Positions 38,622 through 48,628 of a DNA stretch of 64,000 nt are shown here, one piece after another (the stretch's first letter is position 1; every line of letters starts with the position of its first letter). Under the pieces are notes generated by a model. The model saw only the letters and a program-made list of their open reading frames with translations, was not told where the DNA came from and did no database searches. This stretch comes from Alphaproteobacteria bacterium UBA3773 (GTDB lineage Bacteria; Pseudomonadota; Alphaproteobacteria; RF32; CAG-239): contig DFFP01000025.1 of NCBI GenBank assembly GCA_002372275.1, positions 2,157-66,156 on the forward strand. The letters run 5' to 3'. The translations under genes were made by a program, and so were the position numbers.

Positions 38622-39023
38622 TTAAAATATATCTATCATGGCGCGGCCTTCTTCGGTCATGCGGTCAATGGTCCATAAAGGTTCCCAAACGATTTGAACG
38701 GTTACTTTGCCCGCACCCTCAAGCGCAGCCACGGCTTCAGCCACTTGTTGCGGTAAAATACCGGCAACGGGACAACCCGGCGCTGTTAAGGTCATGTTGA
38801 TGTGGACATCGCCATTATCTATAAGGTCAATATCATAAATGAGCCCCATGTCATAGACATTGACCGGAATTTCGGGATCAAAAACACCGCGAATCGCTTC
38901 AATTATTTCTTCTTTTGTGGCTCTCGGGGCGCCTTTTTCAAGCGCATTTCCGACCGTGACGCGATAATCTGTAGTTTCTGTCATCGCTTCTAAAAGCTGT
39001 TCTTCGTTTTGATTTTCTTCCAT
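38622..39023 (-). CDS. sufT: SUF Fe-S assembly protein, DUF59/MIP18 family (SufT-like)
   Basis: DPEIPVNVYDMGLIYDI...MTLTAPGCPVAG. The ATG at 39023 with AAGGA upstream is preferred over the TTG at 39053. Confidence 0.75.
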   Translation of the reverse strand: MEENQNEEQLLEAMTETTDYRVTVGNALEKGAPRATKEEIIEAIRGVFDPEIPVNVYDMGLIYDIDLIDNGDVHINMTLTAPGCPVAGILPQQVAEAVAALEGAGKVTVQIVWEPLWTIDRMTEEGRAMIDIF

Positions 39024-39070
39024 GTTTTTTCCTTTGTGCCTTTTATATCCCAAACAAGTCAGATGTCAAA

Positions 39071-40285
39071 TTAAAAGAAACGATCTGCTTTTAAAAGAGC
39101 CTTAAAAAATAAGTCAATGTCTTCTTTTAAGGTGTACATCCCAAAAGATGCACGAGCAATGGAAGAATAACCCATGCGGTGAACAAGCGGTTCGGCGCAG
39201 TGATGTCCGACGCGAATGGCCACATTTTCGTGCGACAATATAAATGATAAATCTTGAGGGTGAATGCCTTTATAATCAAAGGATATAACACCGCCTTTGT
39301 TTTTTGCCGTTCCGATGATTTTAAAATGCGGTAGCTCGTTTGCTTTTTGGTTAAAATAAGTTAAAAGCTCTTTTTCATATGAAGAAATGTTTTCCATCCC
39401 GATTTTAGAAAGATATGATACAGCTTCGCCTAAACCGATAGCCTCGACAATGGCCGGTGTGCCGGCCTCAAAACGAGCCGGTGGCAAGGCGTAAGTTGTT
39501 TTTTCATATGTGACTGTATCAACCATATCGCCACCTGTTTGATAAGGGGGCATATCTTTTGAAATTTCGGATTTAATGTATAAAACACCGATTCCGGTCG
39601 GTCCGTATAGTTTGTGGCCGGAAAAAGCCAAAAAATCACAATCAAGGTCTTGAACATCCGTTTTTTGATGGACAACTCCCTGACAGGCATCAACCAAAAC
39701 TTTGGCGCCGACTTGATGAGCTTTTTGTATGATTTGACGAATGGGAAAAATGGTGCCCAAAACGTTTGACATGGCGGTAACGGCAACCAATTTGACATTG
39801 TCTTTTAATGATTTTTCAAATTCTTCTTGTAAAAAATTCCCTGTATCTGAAATTTTGAAAACCTTGAGTTTTGCACCCGTTTTTTGAGCGACAATCTGCC
39901 AAGGAGTGAGGTTGGCATGATGCTCGGCTTCGGAAACTAAAATAACGTCGTCTTTTTGAAGATTTTCAAGACCCCATGTGTTTGCGACCAAATTAATCGA
40001 TTCGGTGGCATTGCGGGTAAAAATAATTTCATGAGAAGATGAAGCACTGATGAAATTTTGAATGCGTTCTCTCGCGTTTTCATAAAGCGTTGTGATTTCA
40101 TCTGCCAGAAGATATTCGCTTCGATGAACGTTAGCATAAGAATTTTGATAAACGTCTGTCATTTTATCAAGAACGCACTGCGGTTTTTGAGCAGATGCCG
40201 CGCTATCGAGATAAACAATAGGTTTTCCGTTTTCTATTCTTTTAAAAATCGGAAAATCTGCGCGAATTTGATCAATGTTATACAT
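39071..40285 (-). CDS. sufS: Cysteine desulfurase SufS
   Basis: IRADFPIF...YLDSAASAQKP, PLP-lysine context FSGHKLYGPTGIG, catalytic loop RVGHHCAEP. Internal ATG (MYNIDQIR) preferred over the TTG at 40336. Confidence 0.93.
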   Translation of the reverse strand: MYNIDQIRADFPIFKRIENGKPIVYLDSAASAQKPQCVLDKMTDVYQNSYANVHRSEYLLADEITTLYENARERIQNFISASSSHEIIFTRNATESINLVANTWGLENLQKDDVILVSEAEHHANLTPWQIVAQKTGAKLKVFKISDTGNFLQEEFEKSLKDNVKLVAVTAMSNVLGTIFPIRQIIQKAHQVGAKVLVDACQGVVHQKTDVQDLDCDFLAFSGHKLYGPTGIGVLYIKSEISKDMPPYQTGGDMVDTVTYEKTTYALPPARFEAGTPAIVEAIGLGEAVSYLSKIGMENISSYEKELLTYFNQKANELPHFKIIGTAKNKGGVISFDYKGIHPQDLSFILSHENVAIRVGHHCAEPLVHRMGYSSIARASFGMYTLKEDIDLFFKALLKADRFF

Positions 40286-40439
40286 AACTAAAACTCCGTT
40301 TTCGGGGTAATTTAGCAAAAAATAAAAAAAATTCAATATCTATATATATCCTTGGATATAAAACAAATGTGAATCGTTATGTTATTGATTTTTTTAGTAA
40401 AATATGTTATAGTTTTTTAAAATAATGGGAGATAGGGTC

Positions 40440-41213
40440 ATGAGAATACGATATTTCTACGTTTTTTTATTTACATGGCTATTATCAGGCGAGGTCTTAG
40501 CTGCTTGTACATGCACAACCATTGCGACAAATGAAGCCGGACAAGTCACAAAGGAAGATTGCGGAGCATCTTGTGGTGTGAAAGAATACCGTTATGACGG
40601 AGATACGAGATATACGACAACCACCAAAACAGAGTCCGGGAATATCGTGATCAGAGAAGAAACGCATATTAAATCTAAAAGCAGCAGCACATCATACAGC
40701 GTTACAACAGCATACAAAGAAACAGAATATGATGCACAAAATAATCCGAAAAAAATTGAAAACAGGTATTATACCCTTACAGAATCAAGTACGGGAACAA
40801 AATCATCTTCTTTAGCTTCGGGTGTGGTGATCAGTAATACTTATCAAAACGGTTTGCTGGTATCTGCAACAGAAACAAATAAAATCAGGGGCTCAAGCGG
40901 CAGTTTGGTTAATGAGGGAACCAGAAATAAAATTACATATACATATGATGATAATCAAAAACTGATTTCAAGTGAAAGTGTTTTACAAGTATCGGTAGGT
41001 ACAAATAAATGGGAAGAAGCTGATCCGCCCGTTGTGACAACAAATAAGTATGCCTCAAACGGAACTTATGAAACATATGTGAACGGAAAAATGACAGGAA
41101 AATACAATGCAGACGGTACAGCATATTTAGCTAAAAGAATATATACTGTTGATGAGGCTACAAAAGCTATTCGTAAAGGTGGTAAAAATTCTTTTTCCAT
41201 AAGGTATCGTTGA
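40440..41213 (+). CDS. Exported Thr/Ser-rich protein sharing the conserved C-terminal tail (paralogue C)
   Basis: Signal peptide MRIRYFYVFLFTWLLSGEVLAA. ACTCTT...CGASCG. No obvious LRR. YD-like NADGTAY. Tail AKRIYTVDEATKAIRKGGKNSFSIRYR. Confidence 0.65.
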   Translation: MRIRYFYVFLFTWLLSGEVLAACTCTTIATNEAGQVTKEDCGASCGVKEYRYDGDTRYTTTTKTESGNIVIREETHIKSKSSSTSYSVTTAYKETEYDAQNNPKKIENRYYTLTESSTGTKSSSLASGVVISNTYQNGLLVSATETNKIRGSSGSLVNEGTRNKITYTYDDNQKLISSESVLQVSVGTNKWEEADPPVVTTNKYASNGTYETYVNGKMTGKYNADGTAYLAKRIYTVDEATKAIRKGGKNSFSIRYR

Positions 41214-41290
41214 GTTTTTTTATATAAACACAATTGAATTTAAGAAGATGCTCATTATTTAAACCTTAAAAAATTTTTCAAGGGTTTAAA

Positions 41291-42406
41291 ATGAGCAGAA
41301 AAAAATCTATCGGACTTATTTTTGTTGTCGTTGTTGCCTTTTGGACGGGCGTTTTTTCGTTTTGGTTTTATCAAAAAAAAGGTGTGGCAACTTTATATCA
41401 ATCAAACGAAGAGGAAATCGAGCTGAACACGGCAGATGTTTTAGCGCAAGATGCGGTTTTAAGTAAAAAATATGTGGGTTATGTGACACCTGTTCATGAG
41501 GCTGTTATTCAGCCGTTTATCAGCGGATTTATCGAAGAAATTAACGTAAAAGGCGGGCAAAATGTGAAAAAAGGCGAGATACTTCTGATCTTAAAGCAAG
41601 ACGAATATCAGGCAAAAATAAAAGCCGCAAAAGCTGCACTTGAACAGGCAAAGGCAAATTTAAAAAACAAAGAAGTGTATTATAGGCGCCTTCAAAAGGC
41701 AGGCAAGGCCGTTTCGCCCTCGGAACTTGATGCGGCTGAGGCAGATTATTTGGCCTCGCTTGCCTCTTTGCAAAGCGCCGAAGCGGATTTGAAAATTGCA
41801 GAAGTGAATTATGAATATACGTATATCAAATCAGGTATCAGCGGGGTCACAGGCGATGTGTCTTTAACGAAAGGAAATTATGTTTCGCCGCAATCAAAGT
41901 TACTGACTGTGATGCAATTTGAACCCATCCGAGTTGTGTTTTCCGTTCCGAGCAGCGAGTACCGAAAAGAAATGAAAAAAACAAAGCCTTTTGAGGATGA
42001 AAAAATTTTTTTAGCATTTGAAAATGGAGACATCTTTCATGAAGAAGGGGCGTTTCAATATACCGATAATGCCATTAATCAGGCAACGGATTCCATGGCT
42101 GTTTATGTGGATTTTAAAAATAAAGAGCACCTCCTTATTCCGAATTCTTATGTGACGGTTTTGTGTTTTGAAAAATTAAAAAATGTGGTTTTGGTGCCTA
42201 AACAATATGTGGTGATGAAAGACAGCGGGAATTTTATTTATGTTGTGCGAGGCGGAACCTTAAAACAAGTTGAAATTAAAATTTTAGGAACAATCGGGGA
42301 AAATTTTGCTGCTCAAAATGTTTTTGAAAATCAAGATCAAATTGTGCTTCAAAATGTCAATCCGGCCGATTTGGATAAAAAAGTGAAACAAAAAAAAGAG
42401 GCTTAG
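41291..42406 (+). CDS. RND efflux periplasmic adaptor (membrane fusion protein)
   Basis: N-terminal TM anchor, lipoyl/hairpin coiled coil (QAKIKAAKAALEQAKANL...SAEADLKIAEVNYEYT), beta-barrel C-terminal half. Confidence 0.85.
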   Translation: MSRKKSIGLIFVVVVAFWTGVFSFWFYQKKGVATLYQSNEEEIELNTADVLAQDAVLSKKYVGYVTPVHEAVIQPFISGFIEEINVKGGQNVKKGEILLILKQDEYQAKIKAAKAALEQAKANLKNKEVYYRRLQKAGKAVSPSELDAAEADYLASLASLQSAEADLKIAEVNYEYTYIKSGISGVTGDVSLTKGNYVSPQSKLLTVMQFEPIRVVFSVPSSEYRKEMKKTKPFEDEKIFLAFENGDIFHEEGAFQYTDNAINQATDSMAVYVDFKNKEHLLIPNSYVTVLCFEKLKNVVLVPKQYVVMKDSGNFIYVVRGGTLKQVEIKILGTIGENFAAQNVFENQDQIVLQNVNPADLDKKVKQKKEA

Positions 42407-45400
42407 ATGTTTGCAAAGTTTTTTATCGACAGACCGCGTTTTGCTATTGTTGTGGCGATTGTTATGGTGCTACTCGGCACGCTTGCCTTATTTGTTTTGC
42501 CTGTGTCGCAATATCCGGAAATTACGCCGCCTCAAATTGTTGTGACGACAAATTATTTGGGGGCAAATGCCGAGGTTTTAACAGATACCGTTGCTATTCC
42601 GATTGAAAATCAGATGAACGGGGTGGAGAATATGCTTTATATGTCATCGACGTCTGATGACAGCGGAAAATATACTTTAACCGTGACTTTTGACATCGGA
42701 TCTGATCCGGATATTTCGCAGGTCAAAGTTCAAAACAGACTCCAGCAGGTGACCTCAGAATTGCCGCAAACGGTGACTGAACAAGGAATTGATGTTTCAA
42801 CGCGTAACTCGAATATCTTGGGTTTTTTGGTTTTGCGTTCGCCGGGCGGAACATATTCAAATCTTTATTTAAGTAATTATGCCTATGAAAATTTGAAAAA
42901 TCCGCTTGCGCGTGTTCCGGGGGTCGGAAATGTGCAGATTTTCGGTCCGCAATACAGTATGCGTATTTGGATTGATTCGGATAAACTGACAGCTCTCAAT
43001 TTAAGCAGTACGGATGTGATAACGGCAGTTCAGACACAAAATGTTCAGGCCTCGGTTGGAAGTATCGGGGCAATGCCGTCACCTGAAAATAACACGATGG
43101 TTTTATCACTGACCGCCAAAGGGCTCTTAAAAAGTGTTCAGGACTTTGAAAATATTGTGATTGCCACCTCAAATGAGGGCGGAATTGTTCGTCTGAAAGA
43201 TGTGGCACGTGTGGAACTCGGTGCCGATTCTTATTCCATACATTCTTCTTTTAAAAATGCGCCGGGGGTCATTATTGCTTTAAATCAAACACCGAATTCA
43301 AATTCACTTGATGTGATGAAAAGAATTAAAAAAGAAGTCAAAGAACTTTCAAAAAGTTTTCCTTCCGATATGGTTTTTGAAGTGGCTTATGATTCAACAA
43401 AATATGTTTCGGCGTCGATTAAAAGTATTATTGAAACGCTTGTCATCACATTTTCGCTTGTGGCGATTGTGACTTATTTGTTTTTACAAAACTTGAAAAC
43501 AACGCTTATTCCGCTCTTAACCATTCCGGTTTCATTGATTGCGACATTTATTGTGATTTATTTAATCGGGTTTGATATTAACATTTTAACCTTATTTGCT
43601 TTTATTTTGGCTATTGCGCTTGTGGTGGATGACGCAATTATCGTCGTTGAAAGAGTGGAGTATTTAATGGAGCACGAAAAATTAAATGCTTATGACGCCT
43701 CGGTGAAGGGTATGAAAGAAATTTCAAGCGCCATTGTCGCCACAACGTTTGTTTTGCTTGCGATTTTTATTCCGGTCGGTTTGATGGCCGGTATTACGGG
43801 AAAAATTTATCAACAATTTGCGGTGGCGATTTCAACATCCGTTGCTTTTTCTGCGCTCAATGCCTTGACGCTTTCACCGGCACTATCGGCCGTTTTTTTG
43901 AAAAATATTGATCTGAAAGGCCGAAAAAACAGATTTTTTGAAAAATTTAATGACCTTTTATTTAAGGCGGAAAAAATATATGGTCGTTTTGTGGCTTTCT
44001 TTTCAAAACATTTGTTTTTAACGGCAGGCAGTGTCATCGTTTGTATTTTGCTTATTTTTTTAAGTTTTAAAATCACGCCGGTTTCGTTTTTGCCTGAAGA
44101 AGATCAGGGAATTATTTTTGCAAATTTACAACTGTCTGAGACAGCATCCCTTAATCAAACAGATGAGGCCTTAAAAGAACTTTCAAATAAGGCGATGAAA
44201 ATGAAAGGAGTCGATTTTGTGGTCAGTGTGGCAGGTTACAGCCTGCTTGGCGGACAGGGCGAAAATGTGGCGCTTGCCGTGATCGGACTTGAAGATTGGG
44301 ATAAGCGAAAAACAAAAGAATTGTCAGCTTCTTATATTACAGATTTGCTCTCAAAGGAATTTTCAAAAAATACAAATGCCTCGTTTAACTTTTTTCCGCC
44401 ACCTGCCATTGCAGGTATCGGTCAGGCCGGCGGGTTGAGTTTTGAGCTTTTATCGCTTGACGGGGCTTTGACGCCTTCTGATTTATATTTGAAATTGCAG
44501 GAACTTTTAAAAAAACTTAATCAGCTTCCTGAAATTTCGTATGCTTTTTCAACATTTAGATCAGATACGCCTCATGTTTATTTAGATATTGATCGAACAA
44601 AACTGGAGAGTTTTGATGTGCCTGTTTCAAATCTTTTTCAAACACTTCAAAATAATTTGGGCGCAAGATATATCAATAATATTGCCTTAAACGGACAGGT
44701 AAATAAAGTGATTGTGCAGGCTGATTTTCAATACCGAAAAAATTTGGAAGATATCGGAAATTTATATGTGACCTCGAAAAACGGCAATCAGATTTTGGTG
44801 AAAAATTTTATCAATCTTTCAACATTTGTCAGCCCGAAAATAATAAGCCGGTATGATTTATATACCTCAGCTTCGGTGACCGCGCAGGCAAACGAAAACG
44901 TTTCAAGCGGAACGGCGATTGATTTGATTGAAAAAACAGCTCAAAAAATTTTGCCGAGCTCTTATAAAATTGCATGGACGGGGCTTTCGCTTCAGGAAGT
45001 GGAGGCCAGAGGGCTGGCCGGTATTTTAATCGGGTTGGCACTTGTTTTTTGTTATTTGTTTCTGGTGGCGCTATATGAAAGTTGGCTTTTATCATTTTCT
45101 GTGATGTTTTCAACCGTTTTTGCCATTTTAGGGGCTTTTATCGGACTTCATCTGATGGGGCATTCTTTGAGTATTTATGCGCAGCTCGGGCTGATTATGC
45201 TTATCGGGCTGGCGGCTAAAAATGCTATTTTGATTGTGGAATTTACAAAAAATTATCGTCAAGCAGGTTTGAGTATTGTTGAGGCTTCCGTAAAAGGTGC
45301 GACCGAGAGGTTTCGGGCGGTTTTAATGACGGCACTGACCTTTATTTTGGGTGTTTTTCCGATGCTTGTGGTCAAAGGTGCGGGAGCTCAATCGCAACAT

Positions 45401-45538
45401 GCCATCGGGACTTCGGTTTTTTATGGGATGATTGCGGCAACATTTATCGGTATTATTTTTATTCCGGCACTTTTTGCTTTTTTTGAGAGCATCAAAGAAA
45501 AATTCGGTACACCAAAAAAAGGGGCAGAAAATGGTTAA
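42407..45538 (+). CDS. RND efflux permease (AcrB/MexB family)
   Basis: [24 protein letters not shown]. 12-TM architecture with two large periplasmic loops. [10 protein letters not shown] motif. 1043 aa. Confidence 0.95.
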   Translation: MFAKFFIDRPRFAIVVAIVMVLLGTLALFVLPVSQYPEITPPQIVVTTNYLGANAEVLTDTVAIPIENQMNGVENMLYMSSTSDDSGKYTLTVTFDIGSDPDISQVKVQNRLQQVTSELPQTVTEQGIDVSTRNSNILGFLVLRSPGGTYSNLYLSNYAYENLKNPLARVPGVGNVQIFGPQYSMRIWIDSDKLTALNLSSTDVITAVQTQNVQASVGSIGAMPSPENNTMVLSLTAKGLLKSVQDFENIVIATSNEGGIVRLKDVARVELGADSYSIHSSFKNAPGVIIALNQTPNSNSLDVMKRIKKEVKELSKSFPSDMVFEVAYDSTKYVSASIKSIIETLVITFSLVAIVTYLFLQNLKTTLIPLLTIPVSLIATFIVIYLIGFDINILTLFAFILAIALVVDDAIIVVERVEYLMEHEKLNAYDASVKGMKEISSAIVATTFVLLAIFIPVGLMAGITGKIYQQFAVAISTSVAFSALNALTLSPALSAVFLKNIDLKGRKNRFFEKFNDLLFKAEKIYGRFVAFFSKHLFLTAGSVIVCILLIFLSFKITPVSFLPEEDQGIIFANLQLSETASLNQTDEALKELSNKAMKMKGVDFVVSVAGYSLLGGQGENVALAVIGLEDWDKRKTKELSASYITDLLSKEFSKNTNASFNFFPPPAIAGIGQAGGLSFELLSLDGALTPSDLYLKLQELLKKLNQLPEISYAFSTFRSDTPHVYLDIDRTKLESFDVPVSNLFQTLQNNLGARYINNIALNGQVNKVIVQADFQYRKNLEDIGNLYVTSKNGNQILVKNFINLSTFVSPKIISRYDLYTSASVTAQANENVSSGTAIDLIEKTAQKILPSSYKIAWTGLSLQEVEARGLAGILIGLALVFCYLFLVALYESWLLSFSVMFSTVFAILGAFIGLHLMGHSLSIYAQLGLIMLIGLAAKNAILIVEFTKNYRQAGLSIVEASVKGATERFRAVLMTALTFILGVFPMLVVKGAGAQSQHAIGTSVFYGMIAATFIGIIFIPALFAFFESIKEKFGTPKKGAENG

Positions 45539-46940
45539 AAAAATAATGTTTATGATGTTTTTTCTTTTGTCATGCACCGTCGGCCCGGATTATCAAAAAA
45601 AAGAAATTTATGAAGATCAGAAAATCGCTCAAAATTTGGAACTGCGTGGTCAAAAAACACAAATTTCCAAAGATTGGTATCTGATGTTTCAAGATGAGGT
45701 CTTAAATCATTTAATTTCAAAAGGTCTTCAAAACAGCCCGAGTGTTTTGGCTATGGCCGAAAAATTAAGGCAGGCACGCTTGGTTTTCAAAAAAGGGCAG
45801 GCTCAATATATGCCGATGTTTAATTTCAAAGGGGGATACAGTGATGAAAAGGTGAGCAAAAATATCGGTCTTGCCGCGGATTCGGAATATTTTTCAGCCG
45901 GATTTGACGCCGTTTGGGAAATTGATATTTGGGGTAAAGGGCGGCGCCTAAACGAGCAAAATTTAGCAAACCTTTCAAAAAGTTATTATACGCTTGCCAA
46001 TATGAAAGCTATTCTTTCATCTGAAATTGCCAAAACATATTTTTTAATGAAAACAGCGCAAGAAAAAAAACGTATTGCGCAAAATAATTTGAAACTCCAA
46101 AATGATATTTTTCAGAGCATTGAAGATAAATTTAAAGCAGGCCTGACAGATGAAACAAGTTATCGCCAAAGCCTATATCTGCTTGAAAAGACAAAGTCTT
46201 TAATTCCGCAAATTGATGCGCAAATTTTAGCTTATCAACATTCTTTGGAAGTCTTGACGGGAACGTTGCCGCAAAATAGGGCAGATGCGGCGCTTTTTTC
46301 ATCTGCTTTTAAGCCAAAAATTCAATTTGAAACCAAACAGCTTTTTGATTTGCCGGTGAATATTATCCGCTCACGACCTGATGTGAGGGCATCAGAGCAA
46401 GCTTTAATTGCGCAAAATGCGGCTGTCGGGCAAGCCATAGGTGCATTGTATCCTGATGTTTCAATTTCAGCGCTTGTGGGGTGGGCAGCGCAAAACGGGA
46501 CGGATTTATTTAACCACAAGAGCAATACATCTTCGGTTTCGCCGTCTGTTATCGCGCCGATTTTTCATTTCGGGCAGCTTCAAAATCAAATTGAAATTGA
46601 AAAATCAAAATATAAAGAAGTTTATGAAAATTATAAAAGTACAATCTTAAATGCCGTTGCGGAACTTTCAAATGCGATGGTGCAGGTTAGGCAAGAATAT
46701 AAGGCAAACGAACACAAAAAAAATTCTGTTTTTCAGATGAAAAAGGCTTTAAGCGGACAAAGACAAAAATATGAAAGCGGTTTGATTGAGTATTCGGCTT
46801 TGCTTGAAAGCCAGCAGGATTTGCTTTCATCCGAACTGGATTTAACCGAGAGTTTGGGCAATATATATACGGCCATCATCGCTTTTTATAAAGCAACAGG
46901 CGGCGGGTATAACGAAAACACTTTGGCTGTTGGAAACTAA
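45531..46940 (+). CDS. Efflux outer membrane factor lipoprotein (NodT family)
   Basis: The ATG at 45531 gives [21 protein letters not shown] (lipobox LLSC) and overlaps the permease stop by 8 nt. OEP repeats are present. Confidence 0.85.
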   Translation: MVKKIMFMMFFLLSCTVGPDYQKKEIYEDQKIAQNLELRGQKTQISKDWYLMFQDEVLNHLISKGLQNSPSVLAMAEKLRQARLVFKKGQAQYMPMFNFKGGYSDEKVSKNIGLAADSEYFSAGFDAVWEIDIWGKGRRLNEQNLANLSKSYYTLANMKAILSSEIAKTYFLMKTAQEKKRIAQNNLKLQNDIFQSIEDKFKAGLTDETSYRQSLYLLEKTKSLIPQIDAQILAYQHSLEVLTGTLPQNRADAALFSSAFKPKIQFETKQLFDLPVNIIRSRPDVRASEQALIAQNAAVGQAIGALYPDVSISALVGWAAQNGTDLFNHKSNTSSVSPSVIAPIFHFGQLQNQIEIEKSKYKEVYENYKSTILNAVAELSNAMVQVRQEYKANEHKKNSVFQMKKALSGQRQKYESGLIEYSALLESQQDLLSSELDLTESLGNIYTAIIAFYKATGGGYNENTLAVGN

Positions 46941-47112
46941 AAAGCACTTTACAAATCACCCAAAATAGAGCATAATAAACTTGATAAGCTGATAGCTTAT
47001 TGTGTTCAACAAAACACAGCAAGTACGATACTCCTTTTTGATGGGAGTGAATGAAATAAGGCATTTTTGCACGAATAAGTTCGGCTATGTACTTGTAGCT
47101 TTTGTTGACTCC

Positions 47113-47145
47113 CACTTTGGAATTTTTTCAAAGTGATTTTTTTTA
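47113..47145 (+). terminator. Hairpin plus T-run upstream of paralogue D (efflux-operon terminator or leader attenuator)
   Basis: cactttg-gaatttttt-caaagtg followed by ATTTTTTTT. Confidence 0.4.
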
Positions 47146-47151
47146 TTTATT

Positions 47152-47178
47152 GAGATCCCGAAATAAATTCGGGATGAC
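47152..47178. repeat. Palindromic REP-like element
   Basis: gagATCCCGAAataaaTTCGGGATgac, a perfect 8-bp inverted repeat ending in the ...GATGAC motif shared with the other elements. Confidence 0.4.
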
Positions 47179-47195
47179 AAATCGGGAGAAAAGTT

Positions 47196-48011
47196 ATGAA
47201 AACGAATCGAATTTTAATACCAGGCTTTATGGGAATAATGTTTTGTTTTCAGGCGTTTGCGGCAGATACGGGATCGTGCGGAAAAAACTGCCGATATACA
47301 TACAGTAACGGTACTTTGATTTATACGGGCACGGGACCAAACAACAGCGGCGTCATAACAGAAATAAATCGATCTTGTTGCAATGATTATGGGCTTTCAG
47401 GCGAAATTGAAAATATCATTATTGAAGAAGGTATTACAACTATTCAAACAAACGGATGGGGCGTTGTGAACGGAGGAAACGGTAAAGGTTATGTTAAAAT
47501 ACCGAGTACAATGACATCTTTGCCGTTGAATGCTATAGGAGGCTTTTTTGAGACAATTGAGATAAATTCAAAAAATCTTGCAGTCGGGGATAGTGCATTT
47601 AAGTTTAGAGGTGATGATGTTAAAATTATTTTATCAGGTGATGCCGATATTAGTTTTGATCGGTATGCGTGCTATGATAATTCGCATAGTAATGCGATTT
47701 ATCCAGATAAATTAACGATATTATGTAAAGGAAAACCTCAGGAGTGCTTAGAGAAGTTCGGTCATGCTCTTGATTCTATGACAGGAACAATTAGCGCAGA
47801 CTATTACAAGGGCTTGAATGAAGATGGCAATTGGGAAGTGTGGAGTGACAGTGGAAAGGCAGTTTATGCCGATTCGAGCATGCAGAAGTTAATTGCAAAA
47901 TATGATTTTGACGGAAATCAAATAAAGCCGAAACGTATTTATACTGTTTTGGAGGCTGAGGAGGCTTTGGGGAAAAATAATAGGAATACGTTTAAGCTAA
48001 AGTATCAGTAG
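47196..48011 (+). CDS. Exported Cys-rich BspA-type LRR protein with conserved C-terminal tail (paralogue D)
   Basis: Signal peptide MKTNRILIPGFMGIMFCFQAFAAD. GSCGKNCRYTYSNGTLIYTGTG. LRR_5-like IIIEEGITTIQTNGW / VKIPSTMTSLPLNAIGGFF. Tail PKRIYTVLEAEEALGKNNRNTFKLKYQ. Confidence 0.72.
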   Translation: MKTNRILIPGFMGIMFCFQAFAADTGSCGKNCRYTYSNGTLIYTGTGPNNSGVITEINRSCCNDYGLSGEIENIIIEEGITTIQTNGWGVVNGGNGKGYVKIPSTMTSLPLNAIGGFFETIEINSKNLAVGDSAFKFRGDDVKIILSGDADISFDRYACYDNSHSNAIYPDKLTILCKGKPQECLEKFGHALDSMTGTISADYYKGLNEDGNWEVWSDSGKAVYADSSMQKLIAKYDFDGNQIKPKRIYTVLEAEEALGKNNRNTFKLKYQ

Positions 48012-48020
48012 GAAGAATAT

Positions 48021-48226
48021 TGAATGGATTCTTCGCTTCGCTCTTAAGTGACGGTTTTTTTTATATTTTAGATGCCTAACTCGCGCCTTTGGCGCTCAGG
48101 CATGACAGAAAAGAGGAGAATAACGGTTCTTTGGATCTTCGGGACAAGCCCAAAGATGACGAGAAAGAGGATAAAAAAGGAATGGATCCTGACGTCACGC
48201 CTTTCGCCGTTCCTCTGGATGACGGT
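48021..48226 (+). repeat. Cluster of short palindromic REP/MITE-like elements 3' of paralogue D
   Basis: TGAATGGATTCTTCGCTTCGCTCTTAAGTGACGG (48021-48054). TGCCTAACTCGCGCC-TTT-GGCGCTCAGGCATGACAG (48073-48108). GGATCTTCGGGACAAGCCCAAAGATGACG (48133-48163). GGAATGGATCCTGACGTCACGCCTTTCGCCGTTCCTCTGGATGACGG (48179-48225). Confidence 0.75.
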
Positions 48227-48300
48227 TGTTTTTGAGACCCTTGAGCTCGGATATTGATATTTTAAATAAGGGTATTATCTTCTGCTTAAAGGAGATAATC

Positions 48301-48600
48301 ATGAAAAAAATAGGGATATTTTTTGTTTTGTGGCTTATGGCTTGTACTTACGGAGCAGGCGTTAATGAGAGTTTGACTTATCAATGTGGCGGGCAGATTG
48401 TGGATCTGGTATTTTCAGATGATGAAACGATTGTTATCAATATAAGCGGGCAAAATTATGTTTTAAATCAGGTGAATACTTCGGTTGGTGAGCAATATAT
48501 GAATGAAGAACAAAATATTATGGTTGTTACAGATGGCAATGACGTCTACGTCACAATCAACGGCGTTTCGTTTCCGCAATGCGCGCAAATAACAAAATAA
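48301..48600 (+). CDS. Small lipoprotein, possibly MliC-like (lysozyme-inhibitor fold)
   Basis: The ATG at 48301 gives MKKIGIFFVLWLMACTYG (lipobox LMAC). About 100 aa with YQCGG...VGEQY...FPQC spacing reminiscent of MliC. Weak, motif-only evidence. Confidence 0.4.
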   Translation: MKKIGIFFVLWLMACTYGAGVNESLTYQCGGQIVDLVFSDDETIVINISGQNYVLNQVNTSVGEQYMNEEQNIMVVTDGNDVYVTINGVSFPQCAQITK

Positions 48601-48624
48601 AAAAACCTCCTTATCGGAGGCTTT
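48600..48624. terminator. Hairpin terminator between convergent genes
   Basis: cctcc-ttatc-ggagg. On the minus strand it is followed by TTTTTTT, directly after the stop at 48629. Confidence 0.5.
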
Positions 48625-48628
48625 GTGA

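Noticed and set aside
45432-45530. N-terminal 33-codon extension of the outer-membrane-factor ORF overlapping the RND permease gene
   Set aside because: The internal ATG at 45531 yields a canonical lipoprotein signal (FLLSC) and a typical 8-nt operon overlap. The extension has no signal-peptide character.
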